In this document: piece by piece, positions 25,712 to 37,230 of the stretch
Layout of the letters: every line of letters starts with the position of its first letter
How positions within the stretch are numbered: the first letter of the stretch is position 1
Assembly: GCF_018350175.1 (NCBI RefSeq)
Contig: NC_058371.1
Location: 186,930,001-186,994,000 of the forward strand
DNA: 64,000 bases
Direction: 5' to 3'
Source: Felis catus
Taxonomy: Eukaryota
The notes under the pieces: model-generated
What the model saw: the letters and a program-made list of their open reading frames with translations, nothing else
What the model was told of the DNA's origin: nothing
Database searches by the model: none
Made by a program: the position numbers and the translations under genes

Positions 25712-26114
25712 TGCTCAGCTCAGGTCAACTAAGTTTGGAAAAAACTGAATCAAGCAAGTTTCTTCTCAAAGACTTCGACATGCCAGAATTTTGTCTTTAT
25801 CTCAAAATCAGATATAGCACATAACATCTCCAACTGTGTTCATCCAGGGGGCACTTTTGCAGAGCCACATCTCCTGAAGACAATGTTCTAACCTTGGAAA
25901 AGGATCAAGTGGTCCATTTTCCTGGTTTCAGCCCTTAATCCCAACCACCTTTCATCTAGCAAGAGAGAACTTTGTCCCTCTGCTTAAATAATTCTGTGAA
26001 GAAGTGATTCATCCTATTTTTTGAACAGACTGTTTCTATAGTTGGACAGCCTTAACCCCCCATTAGAGATCTTCTGCAACTGGAGCTGAAATCACCTCAG
26101 AGTCCACTAAGAAC

Positions 26115-26330
26115 AGGTGTCAGCAAACAATGGTCTGCAGGAAAAATCTGGCCTATTGTTTACTTTTGCATGGCCCTCAAGTTCTCAAGATAAGAATGGG
26201 CTGTACATTTTTTAAAGACTGTAAAATAAAAAATGAAGAAGAATACACAACAATGATCACATGTGGCCCACCCACCTTAAAATATTTACAATCTGGACCT
26301 TTACCAAAGAGTTTGCAGACTTGTGCCCTA
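26115..26330. mobile_element. MER58-like hAT DNA transposon
   Basis: Degenerate TIRs CAGGTGTCAGCAAAC...GTTTGCAGACTTGTG. Confidence 0.75.
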
Positions 26331-26363
26331 AAGTAGTAGTTTCCAGACTTTGAACATGCACTC

Positions 26364-27016
26364 TGTAGCGAGCAACCTCAAAAGTAGTCCCAAAGGATCC
26401 CTGCATCCTTGTGTTCAAATCTTTGTACAATCTCTTCCCCTTGACTATGGGCTGGATTTAGCAATTCACATTTATCGTATTCTATTCCATTCCATTCCAC
26501 TCTATTCAACAGACTTGCTTCTATTTTGCTGTGTTGAATAGAATGTGGCAAAAGTGATGGAATGCCTTTTCTAAGATTAAGTTATAAAAAGACTGGCTTC
26601 TGACCTGAGTGCTCTCTTGCCCTCTCGCACTCGTCTACTCTGAGGGAAGCCATATTGTGAAATACCACCATATTTCCTACTCTATAAAAGGGCAAAGAAA
26701 GCAGGAAGTCCTCCAGCCAACAACCAATGAGGAACTATGGCTTCCAGTCCAATAGTCTAGTCTTCAAGGAACTGGATTCTACCTACAACCAGGTAATTGA
26801 ACTTGAAATGCATCATCCCCCAGTTGATCCTTCAAACATGATTACAGCACTGGCCAACAGCTTTATTTCAAGTTCATGAGAGACCTTGGGCTAGAAGCAG
26901 CCAACTAAATTATACCCATATTCCTGATCCATAAACACTGTAAGATAATAAATGTTTGGTGTTTTAAGATGTCATGTTTTGGGATAATTATTACCTAGCA
27001 ATAGATAAGTAACATA
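26364..27016 (+). mobile_element. MLT1 solo LTR
   Basis: TGTAG start and AATAAATGTTTGGTGTTTTAAG...AGCAATAGATAAGTAACA end. Confidence 0.8.
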
Positions 27017-28984
27017 TATTCCCATCAGAAAAAAATTTTTCAGTGTGCTATCCCAATGTATGTATATTTACTTATGAATTATAAACATGCATTCCTATAA
27101 AATTGACTTTAATTACTAGGAAAGCTTACATTCTTTAAAATTTTTAGGTAAAAATACAGGGAATTTTTAATAACTTTTTTATGGGTATGGACCCTACTGG
27201 ATTGGTTTGTCCGTCCCCTGATGTGTCCACATCCACTTTGAAGAACAATGTGATAGAACAACATACAATATCGTACTAACACAAGCACTCCCCAAAGTTG
27301 TAAACATAACATTTTATTTGTATGATCACTATATGCTTTCAATAGAATCAGATTTTTCTGTCTAAAATATTTTATTTCTTCAGAAATTTTAGTTCTTCAT
27401 TCATGCTAATCAGTGGACAACTCATCACAGATGTCACCTTGGAAACCTATACTTAGGTCTGTAGAAAATTTCAGATGTCTGAGAGAATTTGTTCCTGTCT
27501 TAAGGGTTGCTTGGCCACTGAAGAGGAATGTTAACAGCTGTGGGAGAAGCAATTAGTGTCCATTCTATCCTGATTGACAATTCTGTAAAATGCCCAGTAG
27601 CATTTTCTATGGTTTTACAAAATGGCGACCTTCTGTTTCAGAGTGCTGGGTAGCTATTGAGTTCCGGGTACAGTTATCATCTTGCAGATGCCCCATGTGG
27701 CTTCCAATTAGAGAACTGGGCCTAATTTCACTCCCCAACCAGACTGAAATATAAAAGACAGATAAGACCTTCAGAGTGAGGCATGGACAGAGGTTTCAGG
27801 CAAGCAGAATACATGAATATCAACTTTTAGGACCATTCAATTAAAAATGCAAAAGCAGAGCTCTCCGAGAAACTGGGAGACTCTGGATGAAAGGAGAGAG
27901 ATTAGTGAGAACCCTGCAATGAATGCTCTGTTTTCATACAATGCCCTAATCAGGAGGACAAGTGGCAGTTGTTAAGAAGCAGTGAGATTCAGAACAATGC
28001 CTTTCCCCGGGAAGTAGTCACTACAAAACAAGAGCTGTAGTAGGACAATACTGACTTGTACACATGAAAAAGAATAATTACTTTAAGACACTATGCTCCA
28101 CATTTGGGAAGCTTCCCTGGCCCAAAAACAAAAATACTAGAAACTGGAAAGTAGTGGGTTATTTTTCCCTTGGCCTCCGAACTTCCTATTTTTGTCACTA
28201 TGCATTTCATATTATCCCAATTATCTAAGTTAGTGCATTAATACAGAAATACTATGATCTTCCATTTTCCCTAATTAAGACTATTAGGAAGACATTTTAT
28301 GCTCTTAATTTTTTAATGAAATTCAATTTAAAGTCACTGTATCAGATCTTATTAGCTGCTACATTATAACATATAATATTTCATTGGGGGCAAAGTGCCT
28401 AAATCAAAAATTAGATCCAAACTTCAAAAATACAAACTATGATAGTAACATAGTCATGGTCCTTTGCATATATTTCATCCTGTATAAAATAAAACTTTCC
28501 TTGTGTCAAGTTTTAATCAAGCATGTCCCCAGGAAATACTATGCCATGGAAGATCTAGGAAGAAATTGTACCATTCCATCTTTTGAATAATAGAGGGTCC
28601 AAATTAAAGATTGTGAATATTTTAAGGACAGTCGAAGAGGTGAGTAAAGGAGTTGAGGCACCCTATATCGTTTTTTTTTAAAGAAAAATGGGAAAATTTC
28701 ATTTAGTTAATACAGCAAGTGTATTGAAGTGTTAACTGCATGCTAAGCATGAAGCTGATCATCGTGGTATAGGATAACGTACTGCAGGAAAATATCTCCA
28801 GTATGTAGCACATAGTAGTTGCTCAATACAAGATTTTTGAATAAATGGATAAATACCTTACTGTCTTCCCCTGAAGGAACATACAACCTACTTGGAATTA
28901 ATAGGCATTACTTCATGTAATTTTCACCCTATATCTATGAGAAAGGAAATATTTTTAAAAAAATATTTTAAAAAGCTAATTTTT

Positions 28985-29774
28985 AAAATGTTTTAAGTTT
29001 ATTTATTTATTTTTGAGAGAGACAGAAACAGCAAGAGTGGGGGAGGGCAGAGAGAGAGAGAGGGAGAGACAGAATCCCCAGCAGGCTCTGCACTGTCAGC
29101 GTATGTAATAGGTCAACTTATAAAATATCAGAAAGCTTATTGCATACAAGTTCGGCTTAAACTCACCTTTCGTGAATAATTGAGATAAAAGCTTATGTAG
29201 TACCCTATTAGGGTTATCGGAAATTACTAACCACCCTATCTCACTTCTGTAACTTCGCCTGCTTGCTGAATAGGTAACTTAGGTTGCAAAATGCTCCCCC
29301 ACCCCTTCTACCAAGATCTGGCCCAGGCAAGACCAACATGGAAAAAGTCACAAACTCACTGCCCCATGGTATCTTAGGTGTCTAACTATGATTGGTCATT
29401 TTAAACCCTCATTAGGACAAAGAACTTTAAACTGATAGGTTCCTGCCAAAACTAACGTCTGTGTGTCACAATATAATTGGCCACCATGAAATGCTATAAA
29501 TTGTAACTGGTTAACTAAATAATGAGGTACTCTGACTTGCTAAAATCCATATAAACTCACTGCTACCTTTGTTCGGGGCCATTCTCTGTACTTTTCTCCT
29601 TAAGATCAGGAGATCAGGTTTGGCCCAGCCGTGAATAAAATCTTGCCTCGCTTTCTATTCGGCATCTGGCAGGTTTTTTTCGACAGCACCCTGTTTCACA
29701 TAGAGCCCGATGCGGGGCTCACACCCACGAAACCGTGAGATCATGACCTGAGCCTAAACCAAGAATCAGATGTT
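28985..29774 (-). mobile_element. 5'-truncated CAN-SINE split by the solo LTR
   Basis: T-tail and (GA)n at 28985-29103, SINE body resumes at 29699-29774. TSD AAGCTAATTTTT at 28973-28984 and 29775-29786. Confidence 0.9.
29104..29698 (+). mobile_element. Endogenous retrovirus solo LTR (class I/ERV1-like, 595 bp)
   Basis: TG...CA termini, 4-bp TSD CGTA/CATA (29100-29103, 29699-29702), TATAAA at 29550-29555 and AATAAA at 29634-29639. It interrupts a SINE. Confidence 0.85.
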
Positions 29775-31169
29775 AAGCTAATTTTTTAAATGAAGAAACT
29801 GAGGTTCTGAATCTCAAGGTCAGAGAACTAGAGAGCAGTGGAACAGACTTCAACCCTGTCTGTCTGACTCTGGAGTCCAGGTAATAACTTGGTATCTTCA
29901 GCTACTGATGTTTTGCTCTTCTGAGAGATAAGGACTGCCCTCAGTGATCTCCTGCTAGTCTTTCAGTCCTGGACTCTTGCTAATGTTTTCTTCTCTTGTC
30001 TATTATTCTCCCTTAGAAATGATATAAAATAACAATTCAGTTTCCTGCGGGAAATCTTCCAGCCGTAATTATTAAAACACAAGTAAACATGTACCTTTGA
30101 AGCTTGAGGGAAAACCATATTTCAAGTCAAACCTTGGGGGCTACCTGGAAAGCCACTTGGCATGTACCCAAAGCTCAGAACATCCACCTCCAGGACAACT
30201 GATACTCAGGGATGTTTTCTTTGTCATTGCTGGACAGGAGGGACCTTTCTCAATGATTTTCTGTCACCACATGAAAGTGATAAGTTCTATGAACAGTTTA
30301 ATGGCCAAATAAAGGATTTCTGGATAACCCCATAGAGGAGATTCTCAATTTTGCTGTGCTCCCAGTACATCTCACAGATATGCTTCGAGGACACATCGAT
30401 GTTCAAATTTCCACCAGGGCTTGGAATTGTCTATTTCTCTTGGAACAGCTCAGCACTGGCAGGGTTCAGCTGAGACTAAGGATAAAGCACCTTAGGAAGT
30501 TGACAGTCAATAAAATATGGGGCCTTGTTTTGAGCTGATGGGAGCAAAAAGGTTTTTTATTTAAGGTCTGACTTTTTAAAGCCTTAATAAATTTGAATAA
30601 AAGAAACCGTAAAATGGGTAAAATATGCCAGAAAGTAAAAATGACCACTGGGATTCCTCAACCAATAGGGACAAGTGGTTTCGCACAGCCACAATAGCTT
30701 CTTGCCTGATTTTCATTTTTGTTTTTGTTTTTACAACATTACTTTAATTATACCATTCCTCCTTAATACTCCCTCACTCTTGAAGGAGGTTAAACAACTC
30801 TTGGCCAACAGACTTCATTCATTCACCCAAAATCAAATCTGACTGAGAAAAGGGGCAACTCTGAGTCCCAAAACATTGACAGATTGCCAACTGTAAAAAA
30901 AGGCAGGAACTTCTGGAAACACCACAGAATTGGTCACACCCACATTTCTGTAATGTCTGATCTGTAGCATATCGTCGGTCTATACTGAATTCTTCCCACA
31001 AACATGGCTGTTGGAGGTTAGAGGTTTGCTCTTCGCATGCACTCCGGACATCTTACTCAATCTTTGCACCCCTGTTTGTCAGACACACTAGATAGAGGTG
31101 AATGATCATCATGAGAATTAAGCAAAAGTTTTAAATCTCAGAAATTCTTTTAAATCTCATCGGGTTTAT

Positions 31170-31380
31170 GGGGTCCCTGGGTGGCTCACTCGGTTGAGCC
31201 ACTGACTTTGGATCAGGTCATGATCTCATGGTTTGTGAGTTTGAGTCCTGTGTTGGGCTCTGTGCTGACAGCATGGAGCCTGGAGACTGCTTCCAGTACT
31301 GTGTCTCCCTCTCTCTGCTCATGCTCACTCTCTCTCTCTCTCAAAAATAAATAAAACATTTTTTAAAAATTAAAACAAAC
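31170..31380 (+). mobile_element. CAN-SINE
   Basis: GGGGTCCCTGGGTGGCTCACTCGG head, (CT)n, AATAAA tail. Confidence 0.9.
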
Positions 31381-31614
31381 GATAAATCTCAAAAGTTTAC
31401 AAAATGCTTTCAGATATACAATTCAATCCTTGTAACAACTTTGTTATGAGAACATGCATTCTACAATGAGGGAAGAAATGTGGAGATGTTCAATGACAAG
31501 ATTAAGATGATCAAGGCATTTAAACAGTGGTGCTGGGAATCTACTTAGCTCTTCTGATTCTTAGGCCAATACTCCTTCCAGCTCTCCATCACTAAGGCTA
31601 GTTGACTCAGTGGC

Positions 31615-31799
31615 ATACACCAAGGACTCTCAACGTGAGGAGAGTCAGCAGCAGTGTCTGGCAACTCATGAGACATGCAAATTCTCAGGTTTCTCCCCCA
31701 GACCCACTGAATCAGAAATTCTGGGACAGGGCCCAGCAATCCATGTTTCTACAACTTCTCCGGGGATGCTGATGGCTGCTAATGTTTGAGAACCACTGG
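31615..31799. mobile_element. MER5A-like hAT element (other MER5-like remnants at ~2540-2700 and ~47490-48030)
   Basis: CCCCAGACCCACTGAATCAGAAATTCTGGG..GGGCCCAGCAATCC...GTTTGAGAACCACTG. Confidence 0.8.
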
Positions 31800-34700
31800 C
31801 ATACAGTTCCTACTTATGGTATCATGAAGTCATCTCAGAAACAGACCTTATATCAGTCGTCCTTCTTAAAGCTTCCAGAAGACTTGAAAGCCAGAAGGGA
31901 GCAGAATGTTTAAAGCTTAACCATACAATGCAGGTGCTGTGGCCTTTACTGGAAGATTTTCTCCCCCTAATCTCTATCATTTGGACATAAAGGAAATGGT
32001 TTTTATTTCTTGAAGTCAAGATCATCCAACTACTCAATTTTGTTAGAGCAAAAAAAAAAAAAAAAAAAGATCTTTATTCTACGGAAATCCTTTCTCAAGG
32101 ATCTTCAGTTCCTTCTCAGTCTGCCCAGGACAATGGTTTTATCCAATTCATGGGCAGCCAAAAAGAGTGACTACTTCTCCCCACCACTCACCCACTCCAG
32201 GCACACTGTAAATGCCTACTCTTTCAAGGGCTTTATTCCAGTGTATTTTAAAGTGTGCATGTCTTGGATTTCATCGAGAAAAAAGAAGGGAGGTGAGGCT
32301 CCCCTGTCATATGCTCCATAGCATCTGTACTTCTTCACAGTGCTCATCACATTTCTAATTACTTGTTCAATGTCACTGTCTAATTACTTGTTCCCCACAT
32401 GTTCTCTATTAAGACTTTTAGAGGCCCTAAGCTCTGACACGATAATGGTGTCTCCTCCAACACCATATGGATTTTGAAATTAGGGAAAAAAATCAAAACT
32501 TTCAAATAAGTTTAAGGTGTCCAACAGGTTTTCATATTGCCCATGATGACACTTCAATACTTTACATCAAATATCATAGACTGAGCATAAGTTTTTAAAT
32601 TAGGGAGGAGGGTGACTCTTCCTTTGTGGGTGTCCCAAGCATGGGGGTCTTCATGTTGGGTATGCCAGCCCCATTTCTATCCAAATTGTACATTTCATGA
32701 GGATCAAGCTACATCTATCTTAGTCACAGTGTAGTCCCACTGCTGGCACAACGTCTGAGCCAAGATAGGTTCTTAAGAAAGGTCTGATGAAAGAATAGGA
32801 GGGTGAGTGAGTGAGTGAGTGAATCAGTGGTTGGATGGAGCAAGAGGAAGGCAGTGAGGTAGAAAAGCTAAGGTGACAGGGAGGGAAGGTGAGGGAAAAG
32901 TGGGGGTAGAGATGAGGCAGGAAGGGAGAGAGGGCAGAAAAGCAGATGACAATAAATCCAGTTCGTTACTATCTTAATTCTGCTATAGTTTAAGAGAGAG
33001 ATGTACTGGTACTAAACTCCCTAGCCTACTGCTAGAGCTCAAAGAATCATCTGTTTCATTACTGCTTAATTCTAGAATAAATGTTGCCATCATCCTCTTA
33101 TAGAATTATGAACTGTGTCTTTATTTACTTACACGGCACAATTTTCAAATACGTGACAGCCCATTGCTCATGTCTTTGTCATGGAATTAGGGAAATGTAG
33201 CATAAGCTTTAAATTTGTAGCCGCTGTCCAATCAATGAGGAGGGCCCACCATGCAGATAGCTCTGTGATACATGAAGTTAGCTATTCAACAGTTGCAGTC
33301 TTTGGGACTTTTTGATTTCTGTCACCCTGGAAAATGAACAGCATTTGTGCTGACAGCTTTTTTTCTTTCCCAATTCACCCCTTTCTAATGAATCTATTCT
33401 AAAGCATGTTACGCATTTAAATAAATTTTACACGCCATATCAAAACAGCAATATTAACAGTACTTGTCGCCACAATATCCCATGCAAATTAAAGAGAAGT
33501 TACACATGCAATACATTTAGCCAAAATGGGGCTTTTAGATGACAGCAATCTTATAAGGTGTCAACACACAGCAATGATATGCAGACCCTATTTTCTACTT
33601 TTTCCTGATGAGAACAAAAGTATGCTTTGGCACAGCATTCAAATTCATCAAATAAGCACCCAAGAACGGATTTATTGCACAGGCTAAAGTTGAGTAAAGA
33701 AGGCCCATATGCTGTGTAAAAAAGCTNNNNNNNNNNNNNNNNNNNNNNNNNNNNNNNNNNNNNNNNNNNNNNNNNNNNNNNNNNNNNNNNNNNNNNNNNN
33801 NNNNNNNNNNNNNNNNNNNNNNNNNNNNNNNNNNNNNNNNNNNNNNNNNNNNNNNNNNAATTTCCCCCTGCAAGGGCTTTTCACTAATAGAATTATACTG
33901 TCTTAGCTCAAAATGGCCTTTGGTTCTTAGTCCACTGGGCTCAAAAGATTATTTTCTTGTGTGGAGAGCTCTCCACACCACCCGGGAGCCCACCATTATC
34001 TGTACCGAACACCCCAATCCTCTACATCCTCCAACAGGCTACACAGCTGGGCCCAGCAGGAAAATGACAACCATTCAAAACTCCACAAGTTTATTTTCCT
34101 CTGGCTGGGCATCTCGGCTTCTGGACTCCCGTCAACACCATCACAACACATGCCTTTCAATAAAAAGTGATCCTAACAGGATTAAATGTAATTTAGAGTC
34201 AATAAGGAGAAGTTTGCCATCGGGCGGAATTATAATAGACAGTATGATCAGAAGGTAGAAAATCTGGAAGGGTTTCCGGGGTGCATTCTACTGTAAAAAA
34301 AAAAAAAATGAAACAGAGCAGAGAAAAAAATTCATTCCCAGCCAAAACCTTTCACTAGTTCTATCTCTCACGCAAATCAATTCACAGTCTATTAAAGTAA
34401 TAAGAACCATGTACTATCATTTACAGGGAGGAAAAAGAGAGAGGGAGAGAGACATTTACAGGAGAATGGAAAGGTAGTGTGATCTCTCTGCCAGTTCTCT
34501 GTTGCTATGTAACTAGTAAGTAAAATATTTTTGGTTCTATACAACATGGAGAGGACAAAGGGTGCATGACGGCCACCACAGACTTACATTTGCTGCAGGA
34601 CAGTTCCCAAATCATGACTTCACAGGCAGCAGCCTTGGGAAGGCTGTTACTTTTGGAGAAGGCAACCCTCCACCCCTTTTCAGGGTGGATCTAGAAAAGT

Positions 34701-36500
34701 AATGGGAGAATTGAACAGTGAAATGGACTCTATCCCAGGGAAGAATAATCCTCCACTGCAAGAAGAATGAGCTGCTTGCTCGGAGCTGCCTGTAGAGATG
34801 CCCATCATCGAAGCACTGCTTCAGTACAAATGGAAGAAACCAGGAAGGGAGATGGGCATGTTGCAAAAATGCATTGCCTGAAATTATTTCCCTAATTTCG
34901 AGTCTTCACATCACTATTAACAGAAAATAAGAGCTACCACTTATAAGACATTGTACTTACCACTTAATGGAGGAGTTTTTAAGTTATCTTGCCTGTGTCA
35001 TCTCTCTTAATGCTCACTACAGTCCTAGAAAGCAGCTAGTTTTATTTTAATTCTCACTTCACAGATGAGGACAACCTTTTAGGTCCATCNNNNNNNNNNN
35101 NNNNNNNNNNNNNNNNNNNNNNNNNNNNNNNNNNNNNNNNNNNNNNNNNNNNNNNNNNNNNNNNNNNNNNNNNNNNNNNNNNNNNNNNNNNNNNNNNNNN
35201 NNNNNNNNNNNNNNNNNNNNNNNNNNNNNNNNNNNNNNNNNNNNNNNNNNNNNNNNNCTTTTCAAACTAGGGGTTTTGNNNNNNNNNNNNNNNNNNNNNN
35301 NNNNNNNNNNNNNNNNNNNNNNNNNNNNNNNNNNNNNNNNNNNNNNNNNNNNNNNNNNNNNNNNNNNNNNNNNNNNNNNNNNNNNNNNNNNNNNNNNNNN
35401 NNNNNNNNNNNNNNNNNNNNNNNNNNNNNNNNNNNNNNNNNNNNNNNNNNNNNNNNNNNNNNNNNNNNNNNNNNNNNNNNNNNNNNNNNNNNNNNNNNNN
35501 NNNNNNNNNNNNNNNNNNNNNNNNNNNNNNTTATTACGGGAGTAGTCTTGTTTGGGTATATGCCATAGCTGGGAAAAGTAATCAGCTCATTAGAAGATAG
35601 ATTCAAAAAGAAAATGGGCTGGATGAGTGCAGAAGCAAAGAAAATGTTTGGCATAGATGCTGGTAGTCTTAGAAAAAGAAGAAACTACACATCTACAACT
35701 TTGTGAAATGACTAGCTGTGGAGTATGGAAAATCCGCTGAAGTTTTAGAGACACGGGGGATTTCATATTCAAATGTTCCAGTTCGGTTAAATTATGTGTC
35801 AGGGTGTCTTATTGAAAATAACCAGGGTGCCAGGACTGATTCTGCCACAACTCTATCAGGAAAGAATATGAAGTAGCTTTTTGATGTTTGGAAACACATG
35901 TATGGCTTGCAATTCTGGCTTTACTGCTCTATAGTTGAGACAAGTTATTTACCTTTTCTCCGCCTCAGCTTACTCATCTATAAAACAGGGATAATAACTA
36001 CAATTGATCTCATTCGGTTCTTGTAAGGACTAAATGAGTCAATCCATATCTTAGGTTTCCATTGCAAATAAGAATTTGACTACCTAACATCCACTGCATC
36101 AATGATTTAATCCACATTTATAAATTGCTTAGAATTGCCAGATATCATGCAAAAGGTACTGGAAATATTAAGATAAATAAGACCTCAAGTTGTTCACCAT
36201 CTAGAAGGGCAGACAAATAAAAACATTAGGTGCAGCAGAGATATAATATGTTGGTGATTACAGAAGAGATGTGGCAGTTAATTTTTAAATATCTCAAACT
36301 GTAACAAGCACTTAAGACATATTTGTTGCCATGATGAGTTTAAAGTATCACCTAGATGGAGTGATGTGTATGCTTGCCATTTTTCATCAGTTGTACCATT
36401 GTTCCTTTACAGAGCCATCAGCGACTTATCTACCTCCATGACTTCAACATGCAATGAATCACTGTGACAGATGACGTTTGTCTTTAAAAATATTTTCTAA

Positions 36501-36735
36501 GGGCACCTGGGTGGCTCAGTCGGTTAAGCGTCTGACTTCGGCTCAGGTCATGATCTCACACTCCGTGAGTTTGAGCCCCGCATCAGGCTCTGTGCTCACA
36601 GCTTGGAGCCTGGAGCCTGCTTCAGATTCCGTGTCTCCCTCTCTCTCTCTGCCTCTCCCCGACTTGCACTCTGCCTCTCTCTCTCAAAAATGAAATAAAA
36701 ACATAAGAAAAAAATTTTTTTAATCTAAAAAAAAT
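36501..36735 (+). mobile_element. Felid CAN-SINE
   Basis: Full-length body. TSD AAAAATA(T/C)TTTCTAA at 36486-36500 and 36736-36750. Confidence 0.93.
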
Positions 36736-36974
36736 AAAAATACTTTCTAATAATAAAACAGAAGCTAACTAATGACAACTTAAGAGTAAATTATAAAGAA
36801 GAAAAAAGTAGCCTTTAAAGCACAACCCCAAGAGAGATAAAAGGACATGTCAAGACATTACCAGTGGTTATAAAATACAGCTGTGTTTTAGCTCAGTATA
36901 TGTAGATTATAATATATGCTTATATCCAATATATTCTCAGAATATATTATTAACTCTTCTATGTACATTTTTAG

Positions 36975-37230
36975 AAACTTTTGGGGGGAATAATTTTAGA
37001 TTTACAAAAGAGTTGTAAAGAGAGTACTGAGCATTTCATACTTTCTTCACCCAGCTTCCCCTCATGTTAACCTCTTACATGACCATGCTTTATTTATTCA
37101 GCAAACCTAAGGAGTTCACATTGGCAAAGCACCATTAATTAAACTGAAGACTTTATTTGGATTTCCCAGTGTTTCCACTAATCTCTTTTTCTGTTCCAGG
37201 ATCTGATCCAAGAGACCATGTTGCATTTAA
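36975..37230 (-). mobile_element. Ancient L1M 3' fragment
   Basis: TTTAGATTTACAAAAGAGTTG...CACCCAGCTTCCCC...TTCCAGGATCTGATCCAAGA motif set. Confidence 0.65.
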
